Of a stretch of DNA of 64,000 nt, positions 45,621 to 56,442 are shown piece by piece. Position 1 is the first letter of the stretch, and each line of letters begins with the position of its first letter. A model generated the notes under the pieces. It was given only the letters and a program-made list of their open reading frames with translations. It ran no database searches and had not been told where the DNA came from. A program made the position numbers and the translations under genes. This DNA comes from Corallochytrium limacisporum Hawaii (Eukaryota; Protista; Pluriformea): assembly GCA_002811645.1 (NCBI GenBank), contig PDIP01000010.1, positions 186,001-250,000 on the forward strand, in the 5' to 3' direction.

Positions 45621-48284
45621 ATGGGGTTGCCTGGGGCCTACGAGCGAAACGGGCGTAATGTCCAATACGGTCGCAATAGTTTTATCAGAAATGTACCTAC
45701 CGCACTGTTCTGGTTATTGGTACTCTTCGTCTCTTTTGGACTTGTGGTGAACATGTTCGAGGGAGACTGTGTCGAAGAGGGCGATTCTTCTGTCGAGTAT
45801 GAAGCCCACTGGGTTGTCAACGACAATCGTGACGACGTGACTCAACTATGGCGTGTCGCTGGACAAGGAAACAGTCAGGTCAACAATGGTCCGGGTGAAG
45901 CACCTGAGGACTTTAAGGATCTCACGAACTACGACGTTCAGGATAATGACGGTCCTATAGTTAGGATAGACGCTGAACACAAAATTGACAAAGTTAATGA
46001 GGACTCGGATGATAGTGAGGAACCAACCAACGCTGAGAACAGGGGCAGTGGTGCAGGAATTCCTGCCTACAATCCCAACACTGGTTTTGTTGACAATGTG
46101 GACAGGTACCTTGAAAATTTGGAACCACTGGAGAATCCTCCCGAGTTCATCGTCTTCCGTGCAATTGGTAACGACTTGCCCCCACGTCACGAATTGGGCC
46201 AGACCCGCACAAACATTAAATTTGTGTTGGAGCATGAGCCGCCCATGCCAGATAACTGGGCGAAGTGGTGGGTGATAAACCGCATTACGGAAAAGGAAGA
46301 AGAGGAGGCTGTCATAAGAATGCTCGAGGAACACAACCAGCAGTATATTAACATTCCGTTTGTGCTGGAGGACTTTGCTAAACTTGATTTCCGTTTCCAA
46401 GACTTTAGCGACCCTGAGTTCCTGTATAGCAGTGCTTTCGCGGACATGGACGACAAATGGCAGGCTCTGGCGGTTGATCACATCTATCAGGAGAAGAACA
46501 AATATGTCATGCACAACAATGGTGCCAGGAACATTATGTTGCGAGCAGGAAAGAAGCTCGGTGCTACTTACATCCTTCCATTTGACGGTAACTGCTTCTT
46601 TACCAAGACCATGATGAGTGATATTGAAGAAGACATCCACAAGTACCCCCACACTAAGTACTTTGTGACTCCTATGGCCCGCTATAAGAGCAATGAAGAT
46701 CTGGTAGAGGACAAGAATCAGCCTGCCCCGAATCAGGAGCCTCAGATTATTTTCCGCTGGGACTCCGAGCAGGAGTTTGATGAGCAATTCCGCTACGGTC
46801 GTCGTCCTAAGGTTGAAATGCTTGTGCGTCTCCGGGTTAAGGGACCATGGGACAATTGGCCTACGAATGCCTGGGAGTCTAAGTGCAACGGTGGCTTCAA
46901 GCCCCTCAAGAAAATTAAGCCTAACGATGTAAAGGTTGCTGGCTGGATTGCTCGGATGTACAGCGGACGCGCACATCTTGAGGATCAGATTGTGGACCGT
47001 GGTATAAGTCGTTACGAGGGTATCCAGAGACTTCTGGACAAGCAGGACCAAAAATGGGCGAGTCGGGTTTGGGACGCGGAAAACCTGTTTATGTACAACG
47101 AAGATATCCTCTCGAAGGAGAAGGAAAAGTATCGGTCGGGAAGCGCGAATGAGCACCTCTCTGGGCTACTCGAGGAACTCCGTAGGACTGCCGAGGACTC
47201 CCTCAAACACGGACCTTTCAGTGTGGTGAATAAGAACAAGGCCCCTCCATCGAACGATAAGCATGACTACTACAATCCTGCCCCGTACTTCTGGCCCAAC
47301 CCGGAGACAGCGGATGGCATGCCTTATGTCTGGCGCGATGGTGAGCGTGTGCCTGGCACTGAACTTTATGGTGAAGGTTCCGATGACTATGATCGTACAC
47401 GTCTACAGAGCTTCTACGGCAACACCACTGCCCTAGCCCTCGGTTGGTACTTCTTTGATGTCGATGAGTACGCCGTCAAGGCAGCCGAGAATATTAAGGT
47501 CTGGTTCGTGGACGAGGAGACGCGCATGAATCCTCGTCTGATCTATAGTCAGATTCGCTGGGGCCACAATGGTAATGTTGGCAGCGCTTCTGGTGTCATT
47601 GAGACCAAGGACTTCTATTTCGTTCTCGATGCTGTGCGTCTGATCCACCGCAGCGGCAATCTTGAAGAGACTGACATGGAAGCCATCCACACCTGGTGCG
47701 CCAACCTGCTGAAATACCTGCAGGAGGAGAAGCAGGGCAAATCTGAGCGCGGGACCAACAATAACCACGGCACCTTCTACGATCTTCAGACCGCCTCACT
47801 GGCTGCCTTCATCAACGATTTGCCTACGTTCCTTCGCATTGTCAACTGGTCCAAGATGCGCATCGCCGCACAGTTCGAGGCGGACGGTAGTATGCCTCAC
47901 GAGTTAAAGCGTACCACCTCGTTCCACTATGCTATGTTCGCATTGCATGGATGGTACTGCCTGGCTCGCTACGCCGAGGGTGCTGGTGTAGATCTCTGGA
48001 ACTATTCCGTCCCAGATCGCGAGGAACCCATATTTAAAACGGCCTTGAAGTGGATTGTGCCGTACTATAAGGAGCCTTGGGAGCGTCAGCAGATTGATCC
48101 GATCGACATTGAGCGTGTTTTGCCTTTGTACTACATGGGTGTCGCACATTACCCAGAGATTCGGGATGACCTCCAGGCCGCCAGCGGACCGTTCCCTCCA
48201 AAATATGCCATCAAGCCTCGCTTCTTTGAACACAATGGTATCCACCTGTTCTGGAACCTCGGTTTGAACGACGTTGAGGAATGA
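45621..48284 (+). CDS. Type II membrane protein: N-terminal domain of unknown function plus alginate-lyase-family domain
   Basis: TM helix at ~aa 28-46; FRAIGNDLPPRH and PFDGNCFF domain; lyase motifs KHDYYNPAPYFWP, RDG, WF...TRMNP, NNHG, QFEADGSMPHELKRT. Confidence 0.85.
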   Translation: MGLPGAYERNGRNVQYGRNSFIRNVPTALFWLLVLFVSFGLVVNMFEGDCVEEGDSSVEYEAHWVVNDNRDDVTQLWRVAGQGNSQVNNGPGEAPEDFKDLTNYDVQDNDGPIVRIDAEHKIDKVNEDSDDSEEPTNAENRGSGAGIPAYNPNTGFVDNVDRYLENLEPLENPPEFIVFRAIGNDLPPRHELGQTRTNIKFVLEHEPPMPDNWAKWWVINRITEKEEEEAVIRMLEEHNQQYINIPFVLEDFAKLDFRFQDFSDPEFLYSSAFADMDDKWQALAVDHIYQEKNKYVMHNNGARNIMLRAGKKLGATYILPFDGNCFFTKTMMSDIEEDIHKYPHTKYFVTPMARYKSNEDLVEDKNQPAPNQEPQIIFRWDSEQEFDEQFRYGRRPKVEMLVRLRVKGPWDNWPTNAWESKCNGGFKPLKKIKPNDVKVAGWIARMYSGRAHLEDQIVDRGISRYEGIQRLLDKQDQKWASRVWDAENLFMYNEDILSKEKEKYRSGSANEHLSGLLEELRRTAEDSLKHGPFSVVNKNKAPPSNDKHDYYNPAPYFWPNPETADGMPYVWRDGERVPGTELYGEGSDDYDRTRLQSFYGNTTALALGWYFFDVDEYAVKAAENIKVWFVDEETRMNPRLIYSQIRWGHNGNVGSASGVIETKDFYFVLDAVRLIHRSGNLEETDMEAIHTWCANLLKYLQEEKQGKSERGTNNNHGTFYDLQTASLAAFINDLPTFLRIVNWSKMRIAAQFEADGSMPHELKRTTSFHYAMFALHGWYCLARYAEGAGVDLWNYSVPDREEPIFKTALKWIVPYYKEPWERQQIDPIDIERVLPLYYMGVAHYPEIRDDLQAASGPFPPKYAIKPRFFEHNGIHLFWNLGLNDVEE

Positions 48285-48413
48285 CGGGTCTCTCACTTTT
48301 GCAAAAACTATCCATTTCCATTTCCATTACATATTCGTAGAAACAATCCCAAGATAGACTTGCCGTGTTTATGTATATACTATGTAAGTGAGTCGATGGT
48401 GGGTTAAGAGGTT

Positions 48414-49493
48414 TCACATTACGACAGTAGGCTCCGCAATGGTTGCTGAAATGCCCTTGTGAGGTAAGACCTTGCCTCCATTAATATAGACCTCGTCGCT
48501 GACCGATACGTCCTCTCCCAGGACAGAAACGCCCTCCATGCGCACCCACCGTCCAATTCGGCTGCGCCAGCCGATAATGCAACCGTTGATCCAACTATGC
48601 GACTTGATGTGAACACCTTCTAGAAGAACTGCCCGACTGATGCGCACCCCATCCTCGATCACTACATTCGGTCCAATAACAGCACCTGGTCCGATCTTAC
48701 AATTCTTCCCAATCTTCGCGGTTGGATGACAGAGATTGTTTCCGATGAAGGCCTCGCCCTCAGCCAGGGATACAATACCTCGTTCCCGATAGCTCCTTAA
48801 CAGTAGACCCGTACCGGTGAGGTAATCCTTGGGCTGGCCCACATCCATCCAGAAGCCTTGAAGATCCATGCAGTACAACTGGCCATCTGAAGCCATTCCC
48901 GGGAAGGTTTCCTTTTCTATTGAAGTGGGCCTCAGCTCAATGCGATCAAGGGCCTTTGGGGAGAGCAGGTAAATGCCAGCATTGATCCGGTTACCGACAT
49001 AGACCTGTGGTTTTTCAACAAAACGAGAGATTTTACCGTCCGGTGCGCTCACAACCACTCCATATTTTGAGGGCTCCTCGACCTTAGTCACCATGATTGT
49101 ACCCTCTGCACCGTGGGACTTGTGAAATGCGACGAGGTCCTTGAATGGAAACTCGCAGCTAACGTCACTGTTGAGGACAAAGAAAGGTTCACCGTCCTGT
49201 CCAAGGATGTCCCGAGCGAGTGCAAGGGGGCCAGCCGTTCCCAAGGGCTCATTCTCCAGAGAGATGGAGATCTTTACCTTGTAAGTCTCCTCAAAGTCCC
49301 TGAGCCGTCCCTCCATAACGTCTGCACGATAGTTCACTGCCAACACTATGTGATCAACTCCAGCGTTGGCAAGCGCTTCCACCTGATGCTCCATCATTGC
49401 TTTGTTACAGAATTCCACAAGAGGTTTTGGAGTACTCAAGGTGAGGGGCCTCAAGCGGGTTCCAAACCCACCGACCAGAATGAGAGCCTTCAT
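48414..49493 (-). CDS. GMPPB: Mannose-1-phosphate guanylyltransferase beta
   Basis: [31 protein letters not shown] (ATG 49493); [23 protein letters not shown]; hexapeptide tail. Confidence 0.97.
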   Translation of the reverse strand: MKALILVGGFGTRLRPLTLSTPKPLVEFCNKAMMEHQVEALANAGVDHIVLAVNYRADVMEGRLRDFEETYKVKISISLENEPLGTAGPLALARDILGQDGEPFFVLNSDVSCEFPFKDLVAFHKSHGAEGTIMVTKVEEPSKYGVVVSAPDGKISRFVEKPQVYVGNRINAGIYLLSPKALDRIELRPTSIEKETFPGMASDGQLYCMDLQGFWMDVGQPKDYLTGTGLLLRSYRERGIVSLAEGEAFIGNNLCHPTAKIGKNCKIGPGAVIGPNVVIEDGVRISRAVLLEGVHIKSHSWINGCIIGWRSRIGRWVRMEGVSVLGEDVSVSDEVYINGGKVLPHKGISATIAEPTVVM

Positions 49494-51321
49494 ATTTTGC
49501 GGTTGTGTTATTCTTGATGTCCCGAACAGACGTGAAAATGATACATGTCCGTTAGAAGCCTGAGTAGAATACTGGCACACCATCTGTAAATACCACAACC
49601 CGTTCATTGCCCCATGTCAGTTCAAGAACAAGCACGAGAGGACTCATTTTGCGCCGCCATTGAAAACAGTTCCATAACTGTGTTCAACGCCCGCTGCCCA
49701 CGTATCCCTGTGCTCCTTCCGACCCCCTTCTGAACAGCCATCGGAGCAACTGCTGCCCGGATCAAACTTCCAAAAGGGCGGAAAACAGTAACAATAGCAG
49801 GTTCGTGTTTAAGGCGCCACGAACCGGGCCGGTGTCTGAGGAACCGGAATGCCAAGAATTTCGTCAGCGTTTTCAATAGTTATGTATGCAAAAACAACTT
49901 CACGGGACCGAAAAAGGGTTACGGATATGCACAAAAGGGGAGTTAAAGGGTTCATAATCTGATGGCGTGGGCACAGCCGCTACGACTCTTCCTTGCAATT
50001 TGCGTGGACTACTTGGCCCACTAGCTTTGCTGCGGCCGGGTCACAAAGGAGTCCGAGCGGAGCACCTTAATACTCGCAGGAGAATCTAGTACCTCTGGTT
50101 TCCGTCTCCCCTACCCTCCCCCCCCCCGGGGAGGAGGAGGGCCCGCGGGGCAAGTTCAGTATTTGCAAGCAAATACTGCACTCGTGCTGTAAGCTGAGCC
50201 GTGTCCGGATTGCTATAGTGAAATAATCAGAGGAAAGCAAAGCAATTTCGTGGACTGGGAAGCTGTGTTCGCACGGGGTGAATAGACAGGGTGGGAGGCG
50301 GGCGAGTGCGTTCGGTCGCCCGTAGAGATCCCAAGTGACGGACAGGGGCCGCGAGTACTCGGAGCCCAAATTATCAAGGTACGTTAATTTCATCTATGTA
50401 CATTGACTTTGAGAGCCAAACACAATCTTTTCTGATATATGTGTGGTTTGCTTACATGACCGGATGTGACAACTCGGGTATGGAGGAATGATGGCAAAAG
50501 TACAGTCTACCGAATCATGAGTCATCTCAAATCGGAACAGTAAACCGCCCAGCTTCTGATGACCATGGAATCTTGGTTGAAAGAGCAGATCGAGGGATCC
50601 AGTCCAATATTTGCTCCGACGTCTGACGATTGAGAACAATAGACGGTACCGAGCAGCGACCTCTCGCCAGCAGCAAGATGGAAACGTTGCCGGGAAAGTG
50701 AGCCTTAGCTGGGGGCCTTACATGCGATCAAAGTCAAGTGCTGCAGCAAGACAATCTTTGAGTCTCACGAAACAGACAGAAATAGATTTAACTGCAGAAA
50801 ATCAATCGAATAGAAGGTCACCGACCAAGGTACACCATTCAGTTAGGACGGAATGGCCCAAACGCGCAAGACCATTTGAGACTTCAGCTCCGACACCAAG
50901 GCTCGGCGCTATCAGACATGCCTCCTTGGACAGCGCCATCAGTAAAGAGGCCGGGATACCACGAGTCTTCAATGATGATTCAAAGTCGTCTTCTTATGCT
51001 GATCAGGACGAGGACGAATCGAAGACTTCGGACAGATACAAACCCAGAGCTCGAATGCGAAGGGTGTGCTGATACCAGCTGTGCAAGGAATTCTAGTGAA
51101 GGGCATCGACCAGGACACCATGTATCTAAAGTCGAAAATGAATTATCGGGTGAGTTAGAGACCGCGCAGACGTACAGTGGGGTCAACATATTGGAGATCC
51201 GAAGGACGATAGACGTCGAAATATGTTTCTTGCTGGCATAATGATTATGTATGGAATTTAATATAGTAACATGTGAGTGACTGTGAGGGTGTGAGATGTA
51301 AATCGTAACAAGAGAGAGTCG

Positions 51322-51954
51322 TTATGCCTTTAGGGCCTCCAGACGCGCCTTCATGTCTTCTTCTTCTTCTTCCTCTTCCTCCTCGGGTTCAGGGTTGACC
51401 TTGCTGACTTCACCCCCTGCGGACAGAATTCCCTCTGTCAGTTCGCGCATGACTGCTTCAACTTCCTCATCCGCAGCCTCTTCAATATCTTCGTCATCAA
51501 ACTGCAGAGTTTCATCGAGCATTTCTTCTATAATGCCAGCCTTCATCATTTCTTTCTGCATTTCTTGCATCTGTTTGCTGATTGCGGGGAGCTTTACTAA
51601 CTTATTCATGGCTTTCATGACGTCCGTACTCTTCTGTAATTGACCCGCCATCTTGGCCATACTAAGTTGATTCTGCATTTGCATGCTCACACTGTGCATC
51701 TGTGCCTTCGTTGTATGCAACTTATTCACTTGGCGACGGCTGTTTACTACCTCCTTGGCCAAGATACGACATGATGTCTTGTCGCCCTTCTTTGCAGCAA
51801 TCTTCATTGATTGTTTCACTTTATTTTCTTCCCGCTGAATGTCACGAATTTGACGGTCTATTTGGCGCTCCTCCTGTCGCAGCTTGCGCTGCCATTCGCG
51901 CACCTTCTCCTCCGGTGTCTTCGATTTTCCAAAGAGCCCCATGATTCCCGACAT
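51322..51954 (-). CDS. CHMP3: ESCRT-III subunit Vps24 (start at 51954 or 51942)
   Basis: MGLFGK, LQKSTDVMKAMNKLVKLP, EMMKAGIIEEM, terminal MKARLEALKA. Confidence 0.95.
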   Translation of the reverse strand: MSGIMGLFGKSKTPEEKVREWQRKLRQEERQIDRQIRDIQREENKVKQSMKIAAKKGDKTSCRILAKEVVNSRRQVNKLHTTKAQMHSVSMQMQNQLSMAKMAGQLQKSTDVMKAMNKLVKLPAISKQMQEMQKEMMKAGIIEEMLDETLQFDDEDIEEAADEEVEAVMRELTEGILSAGGEVSKVNPEPEEEEEEEEEDMKARLEALKA

Positions 51955-52394
51955 GTTTATCGTTCCGTCACACAAATGACCCACTCTATCATATCAGCAT
52001 TTCAGGACTTGGCAAAAATGCGACTTGATTTGAGATCGCACACTTGAAATAATTTAAGGACCTTGGTCGAGGAAACACGACTCCAAGCCACAAAGCACCC
52101 AAGAGCAACCTACAACCGCTACTTTTCGAGGCCAAATCACCCTGATCGCACCAGAGGAGAAACCTCTCCTAGCAGTTCTTTCACCGCAACTCGACCTGAT
52201 TGAAACGCTCCGTATGTACTTTAGCAGGATCTCCTAGTTCCCTCCACAGATGTTTCCCCTCTGCCAGACATCAGAATCGCCTCGTCAAAGTCTAGACCAC
52301 TGAAAGAAATGGACCCTGTCATTTGCCTTAGAGAGCGAGCACGGGCGCCTCAGTAATCACGACGTGGGCTGGTCCCATCGGAATCCCTCCCTAT

Positions 52395-52398
<4 letters not shown>

Positions 52399-52457
<59 letters not shown>

Positions 52458-52545
52458 NNNNNNNNNNNNNNNNNNNNNNNNNNNNNNNNNNNNNNNNNNN
52501 NNNNNNNNNNNNNNNNNNNNNNNNNNNNNNNNNNNNNNNNNNNNN

Positions 52546-52607
<62 letters not shown>
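52399..52607. repeat. (CA)n microsatellite spanning an 88-N gap (52458-52545)
   Basis: About 29 and 31 perfect CA units on either side of the gap. Confidence 0.98.
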
Positions 52608-52608
<1 letters not shown>

Positions 52609-53124
52609 CCCGGCTAGCGCTTGCTGACTTTCTCTTCGAGACTACCAAATACTCAAAGCGTGCCACAGAGTGATCACCCACAGGAACACATCGAATGACT
52701 GACTACGCGGACGAGCAGGTGAATGCAAATAGAATGGGAGAGACTCTCGAACAAATTCCATGCAGTCACTAGAGCTTCAAGAATCCGCCCGCATATTCCA
52801 CCGCAGTTTCTCTAGCCGGAAACACATCGGAAAGGGGGCGCGGGAAGGAACGCAAGAAGAATCGACATTTGGGAAGGGGGGGTTTTTTCGGTTATGGTCC
52901 CACTTCGTCAGTCGGAGCGCTTTGCGGACGATAGGGTCCAGCGGAACTGGTATGTCCTTGCCGAACTGGTTTACAGTTTAGCGAGGAGCAAGTGCTCCTA
53001 TTTGAGAAAATGATCAACATGTTTTCAAACAATGAATTCCCTTCACTAACTGCAGCAAGAATTCGTTTGCGGGTTGCGGGACAACAACAGCAGACAAACA
53101 GGAATGTAATTGCTTGAGTACAAA

Positions 53125-54030
53125 ATGTCAACTAACAGAACACCTGATGAAGTCGTCAGTACAGGCACTGGCGACGTGGCATTAGCACCTGCACAAATTG
53201 ATCATGAAACAGCGGAACAGCCAACCGTGGACGTTGAGCAAATTTTGCACGGGGAAGACAATGCCAGCGAAGTAGTTGCACACAATCGGTCATCCGAAGA
53301 CAAAGGTAAAGACCCTGCGCCGTTAGCGCATGACTTGTTAGATTCCTCGGCGGAAGAAACTGAAACAGAACAACGGCCACAGAAACGACAGCGGACACTA
53401 GAGCAGACAGAACAACAGCAGGAAGATGCTATTGACCTCACTACTGTCGCTGATACACAGCCCACTGCGTCGGTAGCGGACGAAGTGATCGAGATCATTG
53501 ACGACGATAATGATGACGATGATGATGTAGTAGTAGTCCGGGTAGAGGAAGGACCAGCGCCACGCCGGTCTGCGAGGCTTCAGAACCATCCTCTTCTTGC
53601 CGCCATTCAAAGTGGGCGAGGCCTCAGGACTGGTCGGAGACCGGTCGGAAGCAATTCCATGTTCGGCTTCTTCCATCAACTAGTAGGCTCGCCCATGGAT
53701 CTCACGTCATTACGTAATATGTACCCTGCCCCTACGCGATTTGAAAGCTCTGCTCCAGATCCAGAGCCCGTAGAAAACGCACCACCGAGACCCGAGGATC
53801 CTGAAATTGCCAAGATGAATGAAGAGGCAGGTCTCTCCAACAGAAAGCTAGGCAAGGGGGGTGGTCTCACCTGTCCCATTTGCAAGAGTGAGCCCACTAA
53901 TGTATACTCAACGTGGTGCGGACACATATTCTGCTACGATTGTATCTACAACATGGTCAAGATCAACAAGAAGTGCGCAATTTGTAGACAGAAAGTGACC
54001 ATGAAACAGATTCATCCGTTGTACACATAG
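53125..54030 (+). CDS. RNF4-like SUMO-targeted RING ubiquitin ligase
   Basis: SIM-like AIDLT, VIEIIDDD, DVVVVRVE and MDLT; C-terminal RING CPIC...CGHIFC..C...CAIC...IHPLY. Confidence 0.8.
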   Translation: MSTNRTPDEVVSTGTGDVALAPAQIDHETAEQPTVDVEQILHGEDNASEVVAHNRSSEDKGKDPAPLAHDLLDSSAEETETEQRPQKRQRTLEQTEQQQEDAIDLTTVADTQPTASVADEVIEIIDDDNDDDDDVVVVRVEEGPAPRRSARLQNHPLLAAIQSGRGLRTGRRPVGSNSMFGFFHQLVGSPMDLTSLRNMYPAPTRFESSAPDPEPVENAPPRPEDPEIAKMNEEAGLSNRKLGKGGGLTCPICKSEPTNVYSTWCGHIFCYDCIYNMVKINKKCAICRQKVTMKQIHPLYT

Positions 54031-54138
54031 GTAAGGCATGACTATCATCATCTATACATGACCATATAACATACTGTTTATCCATGAGAATTTATGCTCA
54101 AGCGCGCTGTACAATTAAAATTTGTGTGTAATCTACAT

Positions 54139-54624
54139 CTATTTCACAGTGCGGAACTCCGATTCAATGTCGCTGATCATGGTCGGTTCATTATTCTTTT
54201 CGTCATATTCTGCCCAATCACCCTCAGTGAGGTCGACATCTTCAAAAGGAGTACCGGTCTCAGCACCCTTGCACTTCCATCCATCGCGGACTTCGAATAC
54301 CACCGGTTCAATGCCCCGGCAATCCATCACTAGAATGCAGGCCGGAGATCCAGAGTGGTCCTCGGTGTATGGCTTGACGGTGTCGGGCAGAATGTCAATT
54401 GAAGATTGCCGGCTGCAAAGTTTGCATTTGTAGACAAAGTTTGCCTCACCGCGGCTGCCAGGTAATTCAAAGGTCTCGGTCTTGTTAATTCCGACAAACT
54501 TTTCGCTTTCTTCCCCACAATTACCGCACTGTACCTTGAACATATAGTTGAAGTCCTCGCCATCCGGCTGAAGATCTGTCACGTTGGTCAGAGTGGCGTT
54601 GAAGTACAAACCAACTTTCACCAT
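54139..54624 (-). CDS. CZIB: CXXC zinc-binding protein (DUF866/C1orf123)
   Basis: FKVQCGNCGE, GSRGEANFVYKCKLC, DCRGIEP, GDWAEYDEK. Confidence 0.93.
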   Translation of the reverse strand: MVKVGLYFNATLTNVTDLQPDGEDFNYMFKVQCGNCGEESEKFVGINKTETFELPGSRGEANFVYKCKLCSRQSSIDILPDTVKPYTEDHSGSPACILVMDCRGIEPVVFEVRDGWKCKGAETGTPFEDVDLTEGDWAEYDEKNNEPTMISDIESEFRTVK

Positions 54625-55179
54625 GACTCCGCGGTTACAACAATACAGACAGACACACGTTTAACATTCCTTGGTTTGCCGCCATGTTACTGGATTGGTG
54701 CAGATATGCACGACTGGAAATAGCTCTTGAATTACTTTGTATGCCCAGAGACTTGTTGGTCTGCAACAAGTGGCTGTTGAACGACTTAGCCCCTTCGATT
54801 GTGAAAGTCCCGTATATTGTACGCTTCGTGTCCATAGTCAAAAAATGGTCGGGGACGGGTTTTCGATAGTGGATGTGCCAGTGCGGGAGCCAGACACATA
54901 GACCCGCCTGCCTCCGCAATCAATAAGTTTTCTCGCTTCCTTACACCGCCTTCAAGCCCCCAGGGGCGTGCACGCGGGTCGTGTGGAATCTTAACTTGGG
55001 TCTCATTTGGGGATGATGCTACTTCGAATCTGTAGGTGAGTTTCCTTTGGTGCATGTTTATAAAATATGGAGACATCTTAGCACCATTACACAGAACCTC
55101 TTTTCATCCGCAGAAATTAATCCGGATAAAGCCTCTGTCACTATGTAAGTCATCGCCCTTGGACACCAACGCGGCAGCA

Positions 55180-56442
55180 ATGGAAGATACAATGAAATCA
55201 GGAGTTCCTGCGTATAGAATATGTGTCGCACCCATGATGCGGGTCACGCACTCGCATTTCCGTCATGCCATGAGGCTGATCACGCACAGGACCCTTTTGT
55301 ACACAGAGATGTATACATCGGCGGCCATTTTTCACAACCCAGCATTCAGAGAGGAGAAATTGGCATTTGACATCAAAACACAAAATCCGATTGCTTTGCA
55401 GCTCGGAGGAAGAGATCCGGAAGAGATGGCCATTGCTGCAAGCTACGCAGCGCCGTACGGATACGACGAGATCAATGTCAATGTCGGCTGTCCAAGCTCA
55501 AAGGTTGCAGGAGGGAAACAAGCGTTCGGTGCGGCACTAATGCTTGAACCGGAATTGGTCAAAAACATTACCTACGAAATGTATCAAAAGGTCAGGCTCG
55601 CGGCACCCAGCACACCGGTGACGGTGAAATGTCGCATTGGGGTGGATCACCAGGACGACTACGAAACCATGCGAGAATTTGTTCGAACGGTAAGTAGCAA
55701 CGGTGTCGTTAGTCACTTCCAAATCCATGCACGCAAAGCCTGGCTGAATGGTCTAAACACACGCAAGAACAGGACCGTGCCACCACTGAAGTATGACTAT
55801 GTATATCGATTGATCGAAGACTTCCCCGACCTCAAATTTTCTATCAACGGTGGCATCACCACCAACACACAGATACAGAGCATGCTGGACCACGGCGTCG
55901 ACGGCGTCATGATTGGGCGGGGAGCATGGAACAATCCTTGGATGTTCTGGGATGTCGACCGGCGGTACTACGGCTGCAGCCGCAATCCTGCAGACTGTCC
56001 TGGCCAGGTCATCCGCGGATACCAAAAGTACCTAATCGATTTGATCGAGAAAACGAAGAACGAGCCTCAGGGCGACTGGGCAGAGGTCAATAAGGCCATT
56101 GGTACCTTCTGTATTCTGCTGACGGGGGTGCGTGGCTCCCGTCGGGCCAAGGCATTGTTACTGCAGCAGAGCACGCAGCAGCGGAGGAAAAATCCGGACC
56201 TCCTCATTGACAACGTTAAAGCCGCAGTGGAAGCCCTGACAGACTGGGACATTGAGAAGCCATTTCATCTACGACAATTGACTCGCCTGGATGGCGAGGA
56301 ATCCACCAATCACAATGCCAACATTGCCGCTGATGACCAGGAGCAAGGGAACCACAGCAACTTCGGTGGCAGCGATCGCAGCGAGACCAGTGACCAGCCA
56401 TTCGATGACGCAGAGGCGAACATTACTCGCCTGGCAGGCTGA
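55180..56442 (+). CDS. dusA: tRNA-dihydrouridine synthase, DusA-type
   Basis: VAPMM, LYTEM, NVGCPS, VTVKCRIG, DusA-type HARKAWLNGL..NRTVPPLKY, NGGI, GVMIGR. Confidence 0.85.
   Translation: MEDTMKSGVPAYRICVAPMMRVTHSHFRHAMRLITHRTLLYTEMYTSAAIFHNPAFREEKLAFDIKTQNPIALQLGGRDPEEMAIAASYAAPYGYDEINVNVGCPSSKVAGGKQAFGAALMLEPELVKNITYEMYQKVRLAAPSTPVTVKCRIGVDHQDDYETMREFVRTVSSNGVVSHFQIHARKAWLNGLNTRKNRTVPPLKYDYVYRLIEDFPDLKFSINGGITTNTQIQSMLDHGVDGVMIGRGAWNNPWMFWDVDRRYYGCSRNPADCPGQVIRGYQKYLIDLIEKTKNEPQGDWAEVNKAIGTFCILLTGVRGSRRAKALLLQQSTQQRRKNPDLLIDNVKAAVEALTDWDIEKPFHLRQLTRLDGEESTNHNANIAADDQEQGNHSNFGGSDRSETSDQPFDDAEANITRLAG

Noticed and set aside
45846-47156. 436-aa minus-strand ORF
   Set aside because: Antisense shadow of the lyase gene
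50611-51241. Two overlapping ORFs (153 and 121 aa)
   Set aside because: No motifs, non-ATG starts and no clear splice signals; an orphan gene or pseudogene cannot be excluded
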